DNA of 62,794 nt, the filler included, from Sphacelaria rigidula (taxonomy: Eukaryota): assembly GCA_964200075.2 (NCBI GenBank). It is 11 parts of 11 records of this genome, joined end to end, with 100 filler letters (N's around TTAATTAATTAA, not from the genome) between each part and the next. Parts side by side here need not be neighbours in the genome. Positions count along the whole stretch, not along the records: positions 22,873 to 28,490 come from CAXNAA020025815.1; positions 28,591 to 34,208 come from CAXNAA020025816.1; positions 34,309 to 39,926 come from CAXNAA020025817.1; 8 more parts are not named here. The stretch is one strand, 5' to 3'. This document shows, in pieces, positions 23,079-35,295 of this stretch; position 1 is the stretch's first letter; each line of letters starts with the position of its first letter. Below the pieces are notes generated by a model. It was not told the origin of the DNA. It was given only the letters and a program-made list of their open reading frames with translations, and did no database searches. A program made the translations under genes and the position numbers.

Positions 23079-23769
23079 GACAGTCGCAAGGAAGCCAACT
23101 AGTACTCGAAACCGTGAAATGAGGTTGCGACTCAGCCATCTAAGGACTGCAACACTAGGCAGGAACTCTCAAGCTCCAAGTGTGCAGAAAGTACACGGAG
23201 ACGCTAATACGGCACGCGTGAGCCAAAAAAAAGGGAAAAGTAAAAAGATGAGAAAGAAAAGGATGAGAGGAAGGAGAAAAAGAGGAAGGAGAAGAAGAGG
23301 GAGGAGAGGGAGGAGAACGAGAACGAGAGGGAAAAGGAGACGGAGACGGAAACGAGGAAGAAACAAAATGAAGTAGTGAAAAAACACGAGAAGAAAGAAA
23401 GGGAGATCAGCATATCCGGGTACCTGATATCCTCAGCACGGCGAATATTCCCCACTGTCGATATTCCCCATCGTTTTCGTGCTCAATGTTGCATTGTCGA
23501 CCACTGTTTGTCTCTTCTTTGCCCAGCATGCCGTTACATCCCCGAAGTTCACTTACTATTTAAGATATTCGTGCGCTATGATGACATGGAGACGCTGAGC
23601 TCCGTATAAATGGCTGTCCAGGCGTTTAGGACCCACCAACGGCGTGGGTGATTGGGCATGTTGTCTCACTGTAACTTGGCTTCGAATTCTGATGGCCAAA
23701 CGCGACCCAACTGATATGCTGTCTGATGCGGGTTTTGTTTCGTGTTGGCGTCACGCCGAGCTCACTCAG

Positions 23770-23859
23770 GTACACCAACGTGACGTCTTTATGGATCTGG
23801 CGAGACTCTACAAGGAGCGGAAAATCACGAACTCGTCGGATTTCGAGTGGTTGAAGCAG
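23770..23859 (+). CDS. Isolated 90-nt exon of an axonemal dynein heavy chain (outer-arm gamma, DNAH5/8-like)
   Basis: ctcactcag|GTA ... CAG|gtatac, phase 0-0. VHQRDVFMDLARLYKERKITNSSDFEWLKQ matches the dynein HC motif VHQRD.F..L......DFEWLKQ preceding AAA1. Confidence 0.88.
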
Positions 23860-24284
23860 GTATACTTCGTAACCACTATACCCGCGGTGCGCCACGACCA
23901 TTTTACTAGAGTGCCAACGTGAACGCTTGTGTGGTGCTTGCGTGTGCTACAATCAATTCTTTACGTTCCGGACCCAACCTCTAAAATTGATCGAGTGATT
24001 GTCGCACATGAGCTGATCCCCTCTTAGTAGGAATTCAACCGTCGTCACAAGATGGACGTGCCCAAGGTAAATAAAACGGGAACGTTCGCTAAACTGCGTG
24101 AATTAAATCCCCACACTAAGAGCTCTACGTGAATAAAAGGTGATGAGCCCTCGACAGACAGGTGCGATGATGTACTCTTGTGTAGGGTGGTATCCAAATC
24201 ACCCCCCCACCCCCGACCCACTCTCTAGGCTCCTGGGTTGCGCTCGAGTGGCAACTACGCTGTATCAACAAGCCACCAGAAAGC

Positions 24285-25090
24285 TAGACATGAAATAGAC
24301 GGCCGGTCACCAGACGTATACAAGAGACCGACACTAGATTATAATTATATAATTCCCTAGACCAAGAGAGACAATAGACATGAACATACTCAAATGGGTC
24401 ATTCTGTTCTCCCGTACTAAAACGCAGACCTGATATGGACATGACATGAAGCAACTTACCATGTCCCTGTGCACTAACCAGAACACAGCCTGGATATAGA
24501 TGTGAAATAACTAAGCTTTTACAATTTCTCTTTTCAATACGAGAGCACAGCCCGGACATTGACATGAAATGAAGAAGGTCAGCAGCTATATTTTTTCAAG
24601 CCCGTATATAGACACAAAATAGAGTCCTAACCATTTTTTCCTTTGCAATATCGGAACATAGAGCGGATATAGACATGAAATAACGAAGCAAACGAGATTT
24701 TCTCTGCATTACGAGAATACAGCCGAGACATAGACATGATATAACGAAGAAAACTATTTCTTACTTTGCGCCACCGGAACACAGCCCGGACATAGACATG
24801 AAATGACGACGTCTGTCACTTTTTTTCTCAGCACTACCAGAACAGCCCGGATGCAGACATGAATACCGCCCGGAAAAAGACACGAAATAAAGAAGCTAAG
24901 CATTTCCTTGAATTGTCGGAGCACAGACCGGATGTAGACACGAAATAAAGAACCTGACGAGATTTCCTTTGCATTATCAGAACACAGCCAGGAAATAGCA
25001 TGATACAACGAAGCAAACCATTTTTTACGTTGCACCACCAGAATGCAGCCTGGGTATAAAGATGGGATAAAGGAAGTAATCATTATGTAT
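24285..25090. repeat. Degenerate minisatellite of about 60 bp
   Basis: Recurrent gaacacagcccggatatagacatgaaata..gaagc..ccatttttt units, roughly a dozen copies. Confidence 0.8.
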
Positions 25091-26059
25091 TTCCTCATAC
25101 CGAAACAAGAAACAATCGAGATTCTGTCCCCACATTACAGCGAAAGCAAGATGTGAATCGAAGACCAAAGCCTAGATATGTAAGCAATAGCTTGAAGGTT
25201 GACCACCTTACACGCCAAATCGAAAACACAGCAACAATATAACAAGTGCCCATGTAATAAGATCACCTCGACATGTCAAATTCACGCGAAGGTTGGGTCT
25301 GGTGATGAGATACCCGGAAAATTGTACCGATTACCGGTGGGTGGTGGAAATCTGGTAAGACATTATCGCAAAATCTCGACATGAGATGCATGGGCGTCAA
25401 ATGAAGGGAAGGGGTGGATGCTGCATGATAAAATTGTCAAGACCTGCTGCACTCATGAAACCAACGATGAACGACCATATGAACACCGAGAAGGAGCACC
25501 AAGCGGTACATAGATATGTCGAGATCTTGAAGGATACAAGCTTGTACAAAATTTGAGGGAGTCATTGGCCAAGGTATCGGCAGCGAAGGTGTACTCGGGA
25601 GCACAAGGGGAGTAGCGGCCGATGGTGAACCGTTTATGGAAAAGGAAGAAGTGTCGTAAGGGACATCCCGATGTGTAAATCAGGCTTTGTGGTATGCAAG
25701 CTGTCCTTGAAACTCACACGATGAAAACGACCTCCCCGGAGGAAACTAACGAGTACAGCAGTGGGGAAAGAAGAAAAAAGATAGGATCGTGGGACATCTA
25801 AATGGTGTTCCGTGGCCTGGTATAAACGTGGGGTACTCGTGTCAAGGATGTTGAACTTGGCTTCAGCCTACGAGCCCGTGTTGGAGACATTGTTTCAGTG
25901 CCGGAGAGCGGGCAAAAGAAGTGAAAGACACCAGATCCGCATCAAGTACTAGGATTGGGATACCCCAGTACCTTGCCCACGTCCCACTTCAATATTGAGA
26001 ACAAACAAGCTGGAGATACTCTCAACACAGATCGAGAGGGAGACGGTGCGAAAGAGTAA

Positions 26060-28412
26060 ATGGAGAAATCAGAGTGGACGGGTAAAGCACCAGTAGTGCT
26101 GGGTTTTGGAGTTCCTGGCGATATGACGCAAATGATGTTCAAGGGGGAATGTGATGAAGTAGGACAATACCGTTCGGCAATAGGGAAAGTAGAAAAGGAG
26201 GAAGAACACTTCCGAGTCACGCTGAAACAGAGAGAAAGCTAGGAGTGGGAGAGCATAGAGAAGAGTAAAGTAATGGCATAGGCTAGAACGGTGGGATGGA
26301 GACTATGTACAACCAATGGAGAGGCGAACATAAGATGAAGCCCTTGGGTAAACGGAGGTGAGGGGAAGTAATAACGAGTGATAATGTCCTGAAGGGGAAG
26401 AGGAGGGAGAGTAGCGGCCCAAAGCAAATAGACAATGGCCGAACCGGAAAGAGAAATTAAGCAAGGGAGAATAGAAGTAAAAACGACGGAGAGAGAGCAA
26501 CAGGCAGAAGGAGAGTAGATGGTGATTCGAAAAAGGAAGCTGAGAAGAAATCATGGAACGTGTATGGATTCGCTGCGGAATAGAGCAAAACATCAGAGAT
26601 AGACGAACAAGCAAGTATGCGTGACCTAAATATAGTGGGAATCCAAGAGTCGTGGGAGAAAGGTTGGGCGGGAAAAGGATACAAAACTGTACAGAACGCA
26701 TCGATAGAGAAAGGGCGGCAGGGACAGAGTCCCAAGGACAGGGGAGTGGAGTGAGTAGGGTTTTTAGTGAAGGAATACCTGTGTGACATCATGGAAGTGA
26801 TTGAAGACCAAAAAATCGACAAGAGCATATGGATAAGGGTACCAGGAGAGCGGGGAATGAAGGGCTGTTCTTGGGAAACATCTATATGCCTTAAGGATAG
26901 AAGATTACGGCAAAGGGTATACGAAGGAATTTCAGGAGAGATATCAACAGATGTGCAAAGTTGTAGAAGGCAAGGCCAACTATTGCTAGTGGGAGATTTT
27001 AATGCAAGGATTGGACAAGCAAGCCTACTAAGGGATAGCATTGGGCAATACGGGTAAACGAAGTAGAATATGAATGGGGTAGAGATGTTGAAGTTCCTTG
27101 AGAATAGCGAGATGGAGGCGCTGAACAATGAAGTGAAAAAGCCAGAACCGGTATGAACTAGGCGATGCATACACAAGTAAGAGAGTCCCATTTTTGACTA
27201 TATAGTGAAAAAGCGTGGGGAAAATAGCGAAACGGAAGTACATATATATGCAGCCGACACGGAAACTACGGATGATGGCCTAATGTGGATAGACAGCCAA
27301 CAGGCTAGAGTAACAGGAAATGGGCGGGGTAGGAAGATGTACAGAGGGAAAATAGATAAACAAGAAATAAAAGTAAGCAGCAAGATTTCTAAGGAGAAAT
27401 GAACAAGAATACAGTGAAGTTTCCGCTCGTAAATCAGTGTACAAACCTTGGCGTAGTGATATAAAAACCTGTTTCTTGGGATGCACACGTAGATAACGTA
27501 GTAGGAGAGGGTAGGGCACAGATAGGCAAGACGGACATGATCCTCAGGGACTCGCATGTCGATACCAGGATTGAGAGATATATTCTGATGAATGTTATTG
27601 TGCCGGAGCTAGAATATGCAGAAAAAGAATGAGAAGGAAACACGAAGTTCGTGTAGCAGCTGAAAACAGTACAGATGATAGCAGCTATGAAAGTACACAG
27701 GTGCTCAAAAACGACAAGTAGTACAACTTTGAGAGCAGCGTTGGGGTTGTACCCACCAAAAACAAATACAGACACGAGGAGATCGAAAGGGCAATGAAAT
27801 GTAAGGAACATGTCGAGGAAGAGATTGTCAACCATAGTCGATAGGGCTGTATGAAAAAAGGGAACGAAAGGGCAGGCTGGAAAAAGATGGGATAGCGCAA
27901 TCGAGAGCATGATTGATTGATTGATTTATTGTCGCACTCTCACTGACCTCCCAGGGATCCAGCCGTTATCACATGATAGATGCACCCGAGACAAACAAAA
28001 AACTGAAACACTTGCTGAAGAAAAAGAAGGAACGGAAGAAGAGAATATGGAAGGATATTGGAGGAAACCAAGACGCAATAATGTCCATAGGTGAATAAAA
28101 AATAAAACTAGAAGACATGGTCGAAACAAGGGGAAAACAAGCTCTGAGACGGAAAATGGATGAGAAGAGCGCCTGAAGATATACAGAGGGTTGAGAGGAG
28201 GGATAGGAATGAAAACATGTCTGCACGACCCAATGGACTACGAGATAGAGAATAAGATGTTTGAACTGTCTTGTGTAATGTATGGAAGATACACGATGGG
28301 CGCCGAAATTTTGGAGGTATCTCTGTCTGGAGTTGGAACGGTCTTCCGTCTCGAAAGGGGTGCGTGGTCCATAGGTAAATGACTACGGCAAGCAACAAAT
28401 GAGTAACCCCCC
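26060..28412 (+). mobile_element. Degenerate APE-endonuclease LINE (family D), RT core deleted, ending in a C-run
   Basis: EN motifs SWNVYG, IVGIQESWE, GFLVKEYL and LVGDFNARIG. Jumps near 27420 to post-RT KNLGVVI...SWDAHV...ILMNVIVPELEYA. C-terminus SRKGCVV...TASNK* then GTAACCCCCC. Many stops. Confidence 0.88.
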
Positions 28413-28419
28413 TCCCCCC

Positions 28420-28490
28420 TGCTCCGTGTCGAAAGGGATGCGTGGTCAATGGTCAAACGACTGAGGCAAGCAGCAAATGAGTACGCCCCC
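28420..28490 (+). mobile_element. Second, extremely truncated family D LINE 3' end in tandem after the first C-run
   Basis: tcgaaagggatgcgtggtcaatggtcaaacgactgaggcaagcagcaaatgagtacgccccc. Confidence 0.75.
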
Positions 28491-30289
28491 NNNNNNNNNN
28501 NNNNNNNNNNNNNNNNNNNNNNNNNNNNNNNNNNTTAATTAATTAANNNNNNNNNNNNNNNNNNNNNNNNNNNNNNNNNNNNNNNNNNNNGTATCATCCA
28601 CTCTCAATCTCACGAAAACACTGTTCATAGTGGACGAAGACGAAGGGAAAACTGAAGAAAAAAATCAAGAAAAGCAAAGCACAGAGAGAAATGGCCGGTC
28701 TAAAACAAAAGAAAGAAAGGGAAAAAAAAAAGGAAAAAGGAAGAAGCCCCATGACTGCAAAATGTAAACACAAAGTACGTTATATTACAATACAGCCCTT
28801 AGCGAAATATTCTCATGCTTGAACTGTCGGCTTTAGTTGAAAGGACGCTCACTGTTTGTAACGTATTGTGCGTTAATGACACAAACCCAAATAAGTCGCC
28901 GAAAGGCGGTCAGCATAGGGGGGCACAGTGTATCATCATCGGGATGACAAGGAAGCCGTCGAGCCTACCAAACATGGAGGGGTTTATGCTACATATCGGT
29001 ACAGCAGGAGAAGCCGTCGAGGATACCATGTGTAAACCTATACCAAATCGAGACGCCATGCAACACACTAGCGAAACGTGGCCCCGAATGTGGCACCGTT
29101 CAACAACCTTTAGCCCAGATTGAGTGTCTCTAGTAGCGTTGATTGAGAGTGAGTTTCATGATTCGCTCTAACGTCCACCATTTTCCATCGTGTGTGTGTG
29201 CGCGCGTGTGTGTGTTTGCCTGGAACACTGTCGTGTGCTCACAGCAACACGTCGATATCCCACCCAGCATGGACGAAAGATTACATCGTCAACAAATGTA
29301 CTGCGTACAGTATCGACTTTTGCATCTGTTACAATGGACAGTAGAATCCATTCTGTACGCAGTAAGCTTTTTGGCAATGTAATATCTTGTCCAGGGCGTC
29401 ATACCCTACTCAGCGATACCAGAGGCGTCAGTGGCAAGCTACTACAGAAGGCGTGTAAGGCCTGGACGGCCATGTCGGCAGTAAAATCGTTTCGGGCATC
29501 AATCATCCACTCATTTCTGGGAAATCAGGAGTTCTAGATTCCTCCTGATTGACGAGGCCAATGAAATAAGAAGTATACATTGGGTTCGGTTCATCCCACG
29601 ACCAAGAGCTTTTATTCAACCCGCTCCTCGACTAACCCCTCGAAGTATCCCCAAAAAACTACCAGTCCATAAATCGATTAAGAGGGTATGCCGTTTTTGT
29701 GGCTTCTCCCTCTCAGTCAAATCCTGGACGTCCATTTCGGCGAAAATGTCGTTCGTGTTCAAGCGATTTCAGTAGGAAGACAACAAACGCTGCCCTATGT
29801 TCACGTGAACATACCGGGACGGACCAATGACCTCAGAAAAACGTCGGAGGGCACCAACGAAAAACCCCGCAGGCAGGTACTACGGTAGGGGAGTACACAT
29901 ATTTTTCGAGATTGGAGTTGTCAAGAGCCCTCCATCTCATCCCAAAGACGAGATATGAAATATGTGACAGCACCTCACGATTGGCCTTTCATTGGGCTAG
30001 GGATATTCCGAATGGTTTTGAAAACGGGAGGGTCCTGACTCATATCTTTGTGTAGCTAGCTCACAACTGTAAGAGCCCCTGACTGAAAAATATCTGGGCC
30101 CGAATGCGCACCCCTTATACCGTATAGCATGAGTCACCATAGTACTGTACCTTCGAGGAAGCTCATAAACCGGAAAGGCAAAACTGTGCACAGGGCTGTA
30201 ATACTGCATTACCATGTGTTGATCACACGGCTTTCACATGCCCAGCCCATTACACACGGCCTGCCGTTCGAAACGATTCCACATTGAGA

Positions 30290-30590
30290 AAATATCTTGT
30301 TTACAGTGTCATCATTAGGGTGGTTGAAATGTGGGTTTGATTACCGATGCCTTGGGTTTTTTCTTCTTCGGAGTATCTGATTTCCACTGTGGAAAGCGTG
30401 AGTGCGTGAGTTTACCTAGAGTACTTGAGTGAGTTTGTTCGACGAAAATTGACGCGATGCGGGAGTGCTGACAAAATCCGCGAAACTAGACTGCAAGGGG
30501 TGTTGTACCGGGGAGAGATGGGTTGATCCCTTGAGACTACAGACTCGTCCCGAGGGGGGCGGGGGGTTGAAGTGCGACAAAAAAAAAAGT
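30290..30590 (+). mobile_element. SINE family B copy with degenerate head and A-rich tail
   Basis: Body matches the reverse complement of 45744-45850 and 1990-2190. Confidence 0.65.
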
Positions 30591-30817
30591 CCGCCAACGC
30601 TTGTCCTGTCTCGGCAAGACTTGAGAGTAAACGATGCAAACCAATTCGAAGGCCCAACCGTACTTCTACACCATCCCTCCCACCTTTGGCACAACACAAC
30701 ACAACACAACACAACACACTGAAAAAAAACGAGCATCAAAACATCAGCAATGAACCCCCTCCCCCTTCTTCCCTCAAACAGCAAATCATGTCTCCACAAA
30801 ATAAACACCCAACTCCA

Positions 30818-31052
30818 TCAGATATTCAAGTTACTCGTGGTGGGACGGCCACCTTCCCCGATGGGGCTGCCTGCGACACTTTCCAACAACAACGTATCGA
30901 CCTGCCCCGACGCCCCTGGCCCATGAAGCCCGACGGCAACCCCTGCATCTTCTCTGTCCCTACGAAGCGTGCTGTTCCCAGCAAGCATCATTTCCAAGTT
31001 GGAGAGGTCATTTTTAGACGCCGAGTCATGAGATATCGGCAAGACAGGTTTC
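30818..31052 (-). CDS. Candidate terminal exon of an unknown protein
   Basis: C-rich tract plus cacgcag|G acceptor (phase 2). KPVLPISHDSASKNDLSNLEMMLAG...NLNI*. Phase fits the upstream exon at 32047-32198. Confidence 0.45.
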
Positions 31053-31124
31053 CTGCGTGCATTGGGGCAAGGAACAGGGGGCGACGAGGCAGCGGGGCGG
31101 GGCGGGCGGGCGGGGGGGGGAGGG

Positions 31125-31352
31125 TTGCTCATGCTTTTGCATGCCATAGTCATTAGACCAGTGTTCTCGCATCCCTACAAAGCCGGGACGAAACACGCCG
31201 GGATCTCGCCGGACCAGGTTCGTAATCACCAAGGGCGAAGCGCCGCAATGTCTTCGGAGAGTTGCATTGAGGGTGAGCTGCATTCTTACAAGCTTGTGTT
31301 CGGCTCGAAGTGTAGTGATTATCCTATCTTGCATAAGTTTGGCAGCCTACAA
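31125..31352 (-). mobile_element. LINE family C 3' fragment flanked by G-runs on both sides
   Basis: G-runs at 31112-31120 and 31354-31365. Sequence matches the other family C copies. Confidence 0.8.
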
Positions 31353-32046
31353 CGGGGGGGGGGGGCAGGCAACTTCGTCTACAAGTGTAAACGTCAACAG
31401 TAAAGCATCAGTTGTACGTTTGAACCATAATCATGAGCCTCTGACAAGATTCACGCGGCACAGTGAGTCAACAAGGCCCCCACCCCCGCTCCCCTCCTCC
31501 CCGTCCCCCCCACTAGACGAGACAGTCATTTTGAACTATTGTCATATGTATTGATGATGCCCCTTACCCTGCGAGGACCAGCCCGCAGCCAAGGGCAGGG
31601 GGTAAGCACCCGTTTGATTTGCTTGAGGACGAATGGTTGACTGGTCTGTTTGTCGTTCTTGTTCAGGTAACCCCATTTATTCGATCAGTATCTTTTTTCG
31701 TCTTCATTTCTCGAGTCTCTCCAGCGAGTGTCTCCGTGCTATTTACCTTGAGTACGTCTGTCTATCTTGTGGATAATGACCACGGCTGGATCATGACTCC
31801 TTGGGGATCAGGTCTTGCGCCATAATCAATCAGTCAACCAACCAACCAACCAACCAACCAGAGAACCATTGATTGACGTGCTACAAATCCACCCGTGGTC
31901 ATCAGATACAAACCTAGACATGCTTGACCAAGCTATACAAAAGCGGACACGCTTGCTGAAGGCTACTCAACAAAAAAAACATATATTTTCAAGGAAAGGG
32001 GTGAAGAGGTGGGGAGGTAGAGGTACAGCAGCCGATGTGGGGCTAC

Positions 32047-32198
32047 CACAACTCCTGTTCGTAGGGGGGACGGTCATCATGGTGAGCGCCATACTCCTCG
32101 GGTAGCGTGGCGATAGAGGCTGGGTCGGAGAGCCCTTCGTGGTAAAGGTCGGAAACGGTGATCGTTCGTCCTGAACATTCAGTACCGTTGAAGTACCC
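32047..32198 (-). CDS. Candidate internal exon of the same unknown protein
   Basis: ctgtag|GGG acceptor. GYFNGTECSGRTITVSDLYHEGLSDPASIATLPEEYGAHHDDRPPYEQELW. Donor TG|gtagcc (weak) joins G to make Trp. Confidence 0.4.
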
Positions 32199-32244
32199 CT
32201 ACAGACGAGGTGTGTTTCACCACTGGGTCGATTGACTATTTGAA

Positions 32245-32525
32245 GAAATTTCTCGGAAATATATAATATCGAACTATCGCTAACCCTAACCCTAACCCTA
32301 ACCCCTACCCAAGGCATACCGAGAACCCTCGGGCGAGGGGTGTGCAAAGTGTTCTCTAGGCAAAGTGCGGCGATGGCAGACCTCAAATCAGCGCCGATTT
32401 TCACAAAAACGCATCCTGCGCACGCTAGGGGCACTTGGGTCTGTCAGCCCCGCGAAAAATGCGAAATATCGATGTTCACTCAAATCAAGTAATCAAATCC
32501 CGGGGAAGTTCTAACCGAACACCTG
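32245..32525. repeat. Dispersed element of about 280 bp containing a (CCCTAA)n tract
   Basis: ctaaccctaaccctaacccta at about 32280-32300. Reverse-complement copy at 35322-35600 and partial copy at 21785-21900. Confidence 0.7.
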
Positions 32526-33405
32526 GTGAACTCTAATGGTACAAACAGTGTGTGAAAAAAGTCGCCGTCCGTTGCAACATGGTTGTTCATACAAACAACT
32601 CGACTCATGCACACGTCTGCGAAAAATCGCCGCGTTTTTCTCACCAGATTTTTTTTTCACAACGCCACAAAACTACAACAGTGCCCGGATAAATCATTAC
32701 CGCATTAAAAAAATCCTTCCACAAAGCGCCAACGTTCGTTTTTCGGGGATATCCACGATGCCTCGAAACAGCCGTGTGCCGCATTGCGTTAAAAATGGGC
32801 AGAGATCAACACGAACACCGCAGAGACACGTAAACACAGACACAGACACAGACACAGACACGGACACAGACAGCTGGCGTTTTTTCTACACGAATAAAAA
32901 AGCACACACAAAGAGAAGAATCGAACGATCACTTTGTTGGTTGCTCGCGGAGGCGCTAAACAGGTCCATAACAACATAAAACAGAACTAACCAATGACGG
33001 GCAACGACGAACAAACAAAAAATAAGCAAGAATCCTTTGAAAATAGAGAGGAGGCGGGTTTCAACTCGAAATCACGCGCGTGCGCATGAAAAGAACCAAT
33101 AGGAGGAAAAGTGTGAGAAGAGGAAGAAAAATACAACGAACGAGCGCCATCGTCCGGATAAGTGAAGGAAGAGAAGACAGGGTCTTTCTCACCTGGGCTC
33201 GCCAAAGTCAAGATCGCGGTCGTCGTCATCCTCGCCGGCACCCACTATTTCTCCGCTCTTTACTAGGGCATCAAAATGCCATCCCATCACGAACGAAATT
33301 CCCAGTAATATTAAGCTGCGATCAGGGGGGAGGGAGGGATGTTTTTAGAACAGAAAGGGAAAACAGCGGAGTCAGTCTTTCATGGAAGTACGATGTTCTC
33401 ATTTA

Positions 33406-33726
33406 GGCCGGATGTTATGGCAAACAGAGTTTTGACCCACGGATTGCTCACTTTTGGGACTTTTGACCCACCTCTTGACCCCCAAACCAACAGAACCGCC
33501 AACACACGTCTCGGACATTTTGCATCACCCCACAGAGAGGAGTCTGCTTTTCAGATTCGCTTGGCTCCGAGGTTTCGAGATTGGCCGCTGAACAGAAATT
33601 CGTGCGCATAAATCTGTGCTTGCCGATCCCCGCCAGTTTGCCTGGCGATTCTCTTGGTTCGGGGGCCAAAAGTCCCAAAAGTGAACAATCCATGGGCCAA
33701 AAATCTGTGTACCATAACATCAGGCC
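33406..33726. mobile_element. MITE, PIF/Harbinger-like
   Basis: TIRs ggccggatgttatgg / ccataacatcaggcc with about 60 bp inverted arms. Flanks TTA / TGA (degenerate TWA TSD). Confidence 0.6.
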
Positions 33727-34687
33727 TGAGCGTCGACAGTAGCTGGTTGCGGGGGTGGTGTCGGGATACTCGCCCCCCCCCCCCCCCCCCCCCCCCCCCC
33801 AACCCCCCCCGCGGCGGGGCAAAAAACCGACAAGGAGGAGNNNNNNNNNNAAGCTGTGGACCACAAAACCAGGGCGGGGGGGGGAGAGGCGGGGGGGGGG
33901 GGGGGGGGGGCGGGAACGCCGCCCCCCCCCCCCCCCCCCCAAAAAAAAAGAGACTGGTTGGAGGAGGTAAAAACATGCGAATCGAAATGACAAGAGCTGA
34001 GCACACCGAGCAGCAGGAACCTCCAACGCCTGGGATCGTTCCCGCCGATGTCGTTCACATGAGGCGCTCTATGCAGTCTGAAATCAGCTACCTTGCGCTG
34101 TATGGCCATTTTCCTACTGGCAGTGTCGGGACTGGTTTGGGGGGGGGGGGGGGGGGGGTGGTTTATATTTTGCGCTTTTCTTGGGTTCTCCGCACTTGTC
34201 CCCCCCCCNNNNNNNNNNNNNNNNNNNNNNNNNNNNNNNNNNNNNNNNNNNNTTAATTAATTAANNNNNNNNNNNNNNNNNNNNNNNNNNNNNNNNNNNN
34301 NNNNNNNNTAGGAAATTAAAACTTGAAAATATAAAATTTTTTAAATATAGGTTAAATTAAAAAAATAAAAAAAAAAAAAAAAAAACGCGGCACCGCGGTG
34401 GTCTGACATGTATCACGTACGTCTGTCGAGTAGAACCCGTGAAGACGAAGTTGAGGGTTCCAGCAGATATAGTCTTCTTGATAGACTTGTACTGCTATCT
34501 GAGTTCCGCCATCGGCGAGAGGATGTGAGTAGCGAAGACAATATGGTGAAAGCTAACGCGGTGCGGGCACGCGGATGAAGTTCGCTTCACCAAAATGTGC
34601 GGCATGTACTGGGGGGACAGACGGGTTGATCCCTTCAGGCTACGGAATCGTCACGAGAAAGGGAAGGCGACACAAGTATGATGGGGG

Positions 34688-34989
34688 TACCCACGATCTT
34701 GTATGCCGTAGTCATAAGACCATCAACCTCGCATCCCTACAAAGCCGGGACGGAGCACGCGGGGTTTTCGCCGGACCAGGCTCGCAATCAATCACCGAGC
34801 GCGAAGTGCCGTTATGTGTTCGGTGAGTCGCATGAAGGGTGAACTGCATCCTGCTAAGATCGTTCCGCCCGAAGCGTATTGATCATCTTGCGTATGGATG
34901 ACAGCCTCCAATGACTTGCTTGATTTTCTGGTATCACCACTTCCTGAGACACCTACGAGTTCCACACAGCCTCATGGGTGTCTAACAAT
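34688..34989 (-). mobile_element. LINE family C 3' fragment with perfect 10-bp TSD TATGATGGGG
   Basis: TATGATGGGG at 34677-34686 and 34990-34999. Confidence 0.85.
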
Positions 34990-35008
34990 TATGATGGGGA
35001 GAGGGGGG

Positions 35009-35295
35009 CATACTCATTTGTTGCTTGCCTTAGTCGTTTGACCATTGACCACGCATCCCTTTCGNNNNNNNNNNGTTCCTACTCCTAATGGAGACACCTC
35101 CAACATTCCGGCGCTCATCACGTTTCTTCCTTACACTAACTACACCAAAAGACCTTTTAGATTACTTATCCCCGTCCTGTTTCGCCAGCTGTGGCCACCA
35201 TTTATCTCCAAGTATAGCCATCGTTTTCTTCCTACTGTCCAATGCATCAAACGATTTCATGCCATCTTCGTGTACTTCCCACATTTCCCCCTCTG
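35009..35295 (-). mobile_element. LINE family D 3' fragment (ORF2 C-terminus)
   Basis: Minus strand FDALDSRKKTMAILGDKWWPQLAKQDGDK...RNVGGVSIRSRN...RKGCVVNGQTTKASNK* then GTATGCCCCC. G-rich runs at both ends. Confidence 0.8.

Noticed and set aside
22999..23455. Arg/Lys-rich or Phe/Leu-rich ORFs (also 11540-11871, 33448-34256, 60938-61845)
   Set aside because: Translations of GA-rich, A-rich, T-rich or poly-G/C low-complexity DNA.
24031..24066. 36-nt AG/GT-bounded segment (EFNRRHKMDVPK) as the next dynein exon
   Set aside because: Does not match the expected continuation after EWLKQ (xRFYx).
24285..25090. CRISPR-like periodic array
   Set aside because: Whole units are degenerate copies with no invariant repeat and unique spacers. 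The context is eukaryotic and there are no cas genes.
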